Shown: piece after piece, positions 63,625 to 64,000 of the stretch | Layout: each line of letters begins with the position of its first letter | How positions within the stretch are numbered: the first letter of the stretch is position 1 | Assembly (NCBI GenBank): GCA_965248055.1 | Contig: CBDFIJ010000004.1 | Span: forward strand, 192,001 to 256,000 | Length of the DNA: 64,000 nucleotides | Reading direction: 5' to 3' | DNA from: Candidatus Multivoradales bacterium | GTDB taxonomy: Bacteria > Acidobacteriota > Thermoanaerobaculia > Multivoradales > JAHEKO01 | Position numbers and translations under genes: made by a program | Notes under the pieces: generated by a model | The model's input: the letters and a program-made list of their open reading frames with translations, nothing else | Told to the model about the DNA's origin: nothing | Database searches by the model: none

Positions 63625-64000
63625 ATGGACAGAAAATCATGGATCGTCATCGTCGCGCTTGCGATCGGCCTAGTGGCCGCTCAAGCCGCCGTCGCCGGAC
63701 CGCCGATTTGGATCGCGGGCGGCAACATGGGACAAATCAACAACATGGGTAACCAAAATCAGCTACACGGACAAGCGGTGGCAGCCTCAGCACGCCTTCT
63801 GGGCGGCGCCAAGAATGAGTTTCGCGTGAGCGATTCTTGGGCTGACCACCTGGGCAACGTCCACGTAAAAATGCAGCAACGCCTCAACGGCATGGAAGTC
63901 ATCGGCGCGGAGTCGATCTTGCACGCGCGGAGTGATGGCAAAATCTACGCTCTTGGTGGTGGCTTTGTTCGCGGTGCGGCGGCCCCCCGCAAGGCCAAAC
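63625..64000 (+). CDS. 3'-partial secreted protein with FTP propeptide (probable M4/M36 metallopeptidase)
   Basis: AAGGAGGAG RBS; MDRKSWIVIVALAIGLVAAQAAVA signal peptide; DHLGNVHVKMQQRLNGMEVIGA FTP-like motif. Not in the ORF track because it runs off the window. Confidence 0.78.
   Translation, partial: MDRKSWIVIVALAIGLVAAQAAVAGPPIWIAGGNMGQINNMGNQNQLHGQAVAASARLLGGAKNEFRVSDSWADHLGNVHVKMQQRLNGMEVIGAESILHARSDGKIYALGGGFVRGAAAPRKAK

Overview
A 64 kb GC-rich bacterial chromosomal window using genetic code 11. The gene order (rpsA-ihfB-lpxB-yicC-gmk-rpoZ-coaBC-udg, lnt-prfB) and the long-form GreA suggest Acidobacteriota, possibly a Thermoanaerobaculia-like lineage; this is an inference. The first ~11 kb is accessory-looking: a partial CxxCH protein, LysE, an ABC-2 exporter, mtgA, an LMW-PTP, a membrane gene broken by an in-frame TGA, an IS256-family element without target duplication, and a Cys-rich secreted repeat protein. 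The rest is mostly housekeeping and envelope genes: lpdA, fbaB, prfB with its programmed +1 frameshift, lnt, a CBS/CysK-like enzyme, SSS and OPT transporters, tRNA-Pro(CGG), fadD-fadJ, rodZ, greA, an ECF/anti-sigma pair, a LysM amidase, PilT, lexA, radC, MATE, a BNR glycosyl hydrolase, thiolase, thrC, glycosyltransferases and the rpsA superoperon. No CRISPR array, prophage or recognisable defence system is visible. The most noteworthy items are: (1) a co-oriented radC-lexA-pilT-LysM amidase-ECF/anti-sigma block whose PilT has a coiled-coil tail with its own internal RBS+ATG; (2) a MITE/REP-like 78-bp duplicated element upstream of lexA; (3) radC and MATE apparently starting from the same CATG on opposite strands; (4) a glycosyltransferase that appears to need a CTG start; (5) a GTCAT...ATGAC double-hairpin element; and (6) several putative leaderless genes. 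All family assignments come from motif recognition by eye, not database searches.
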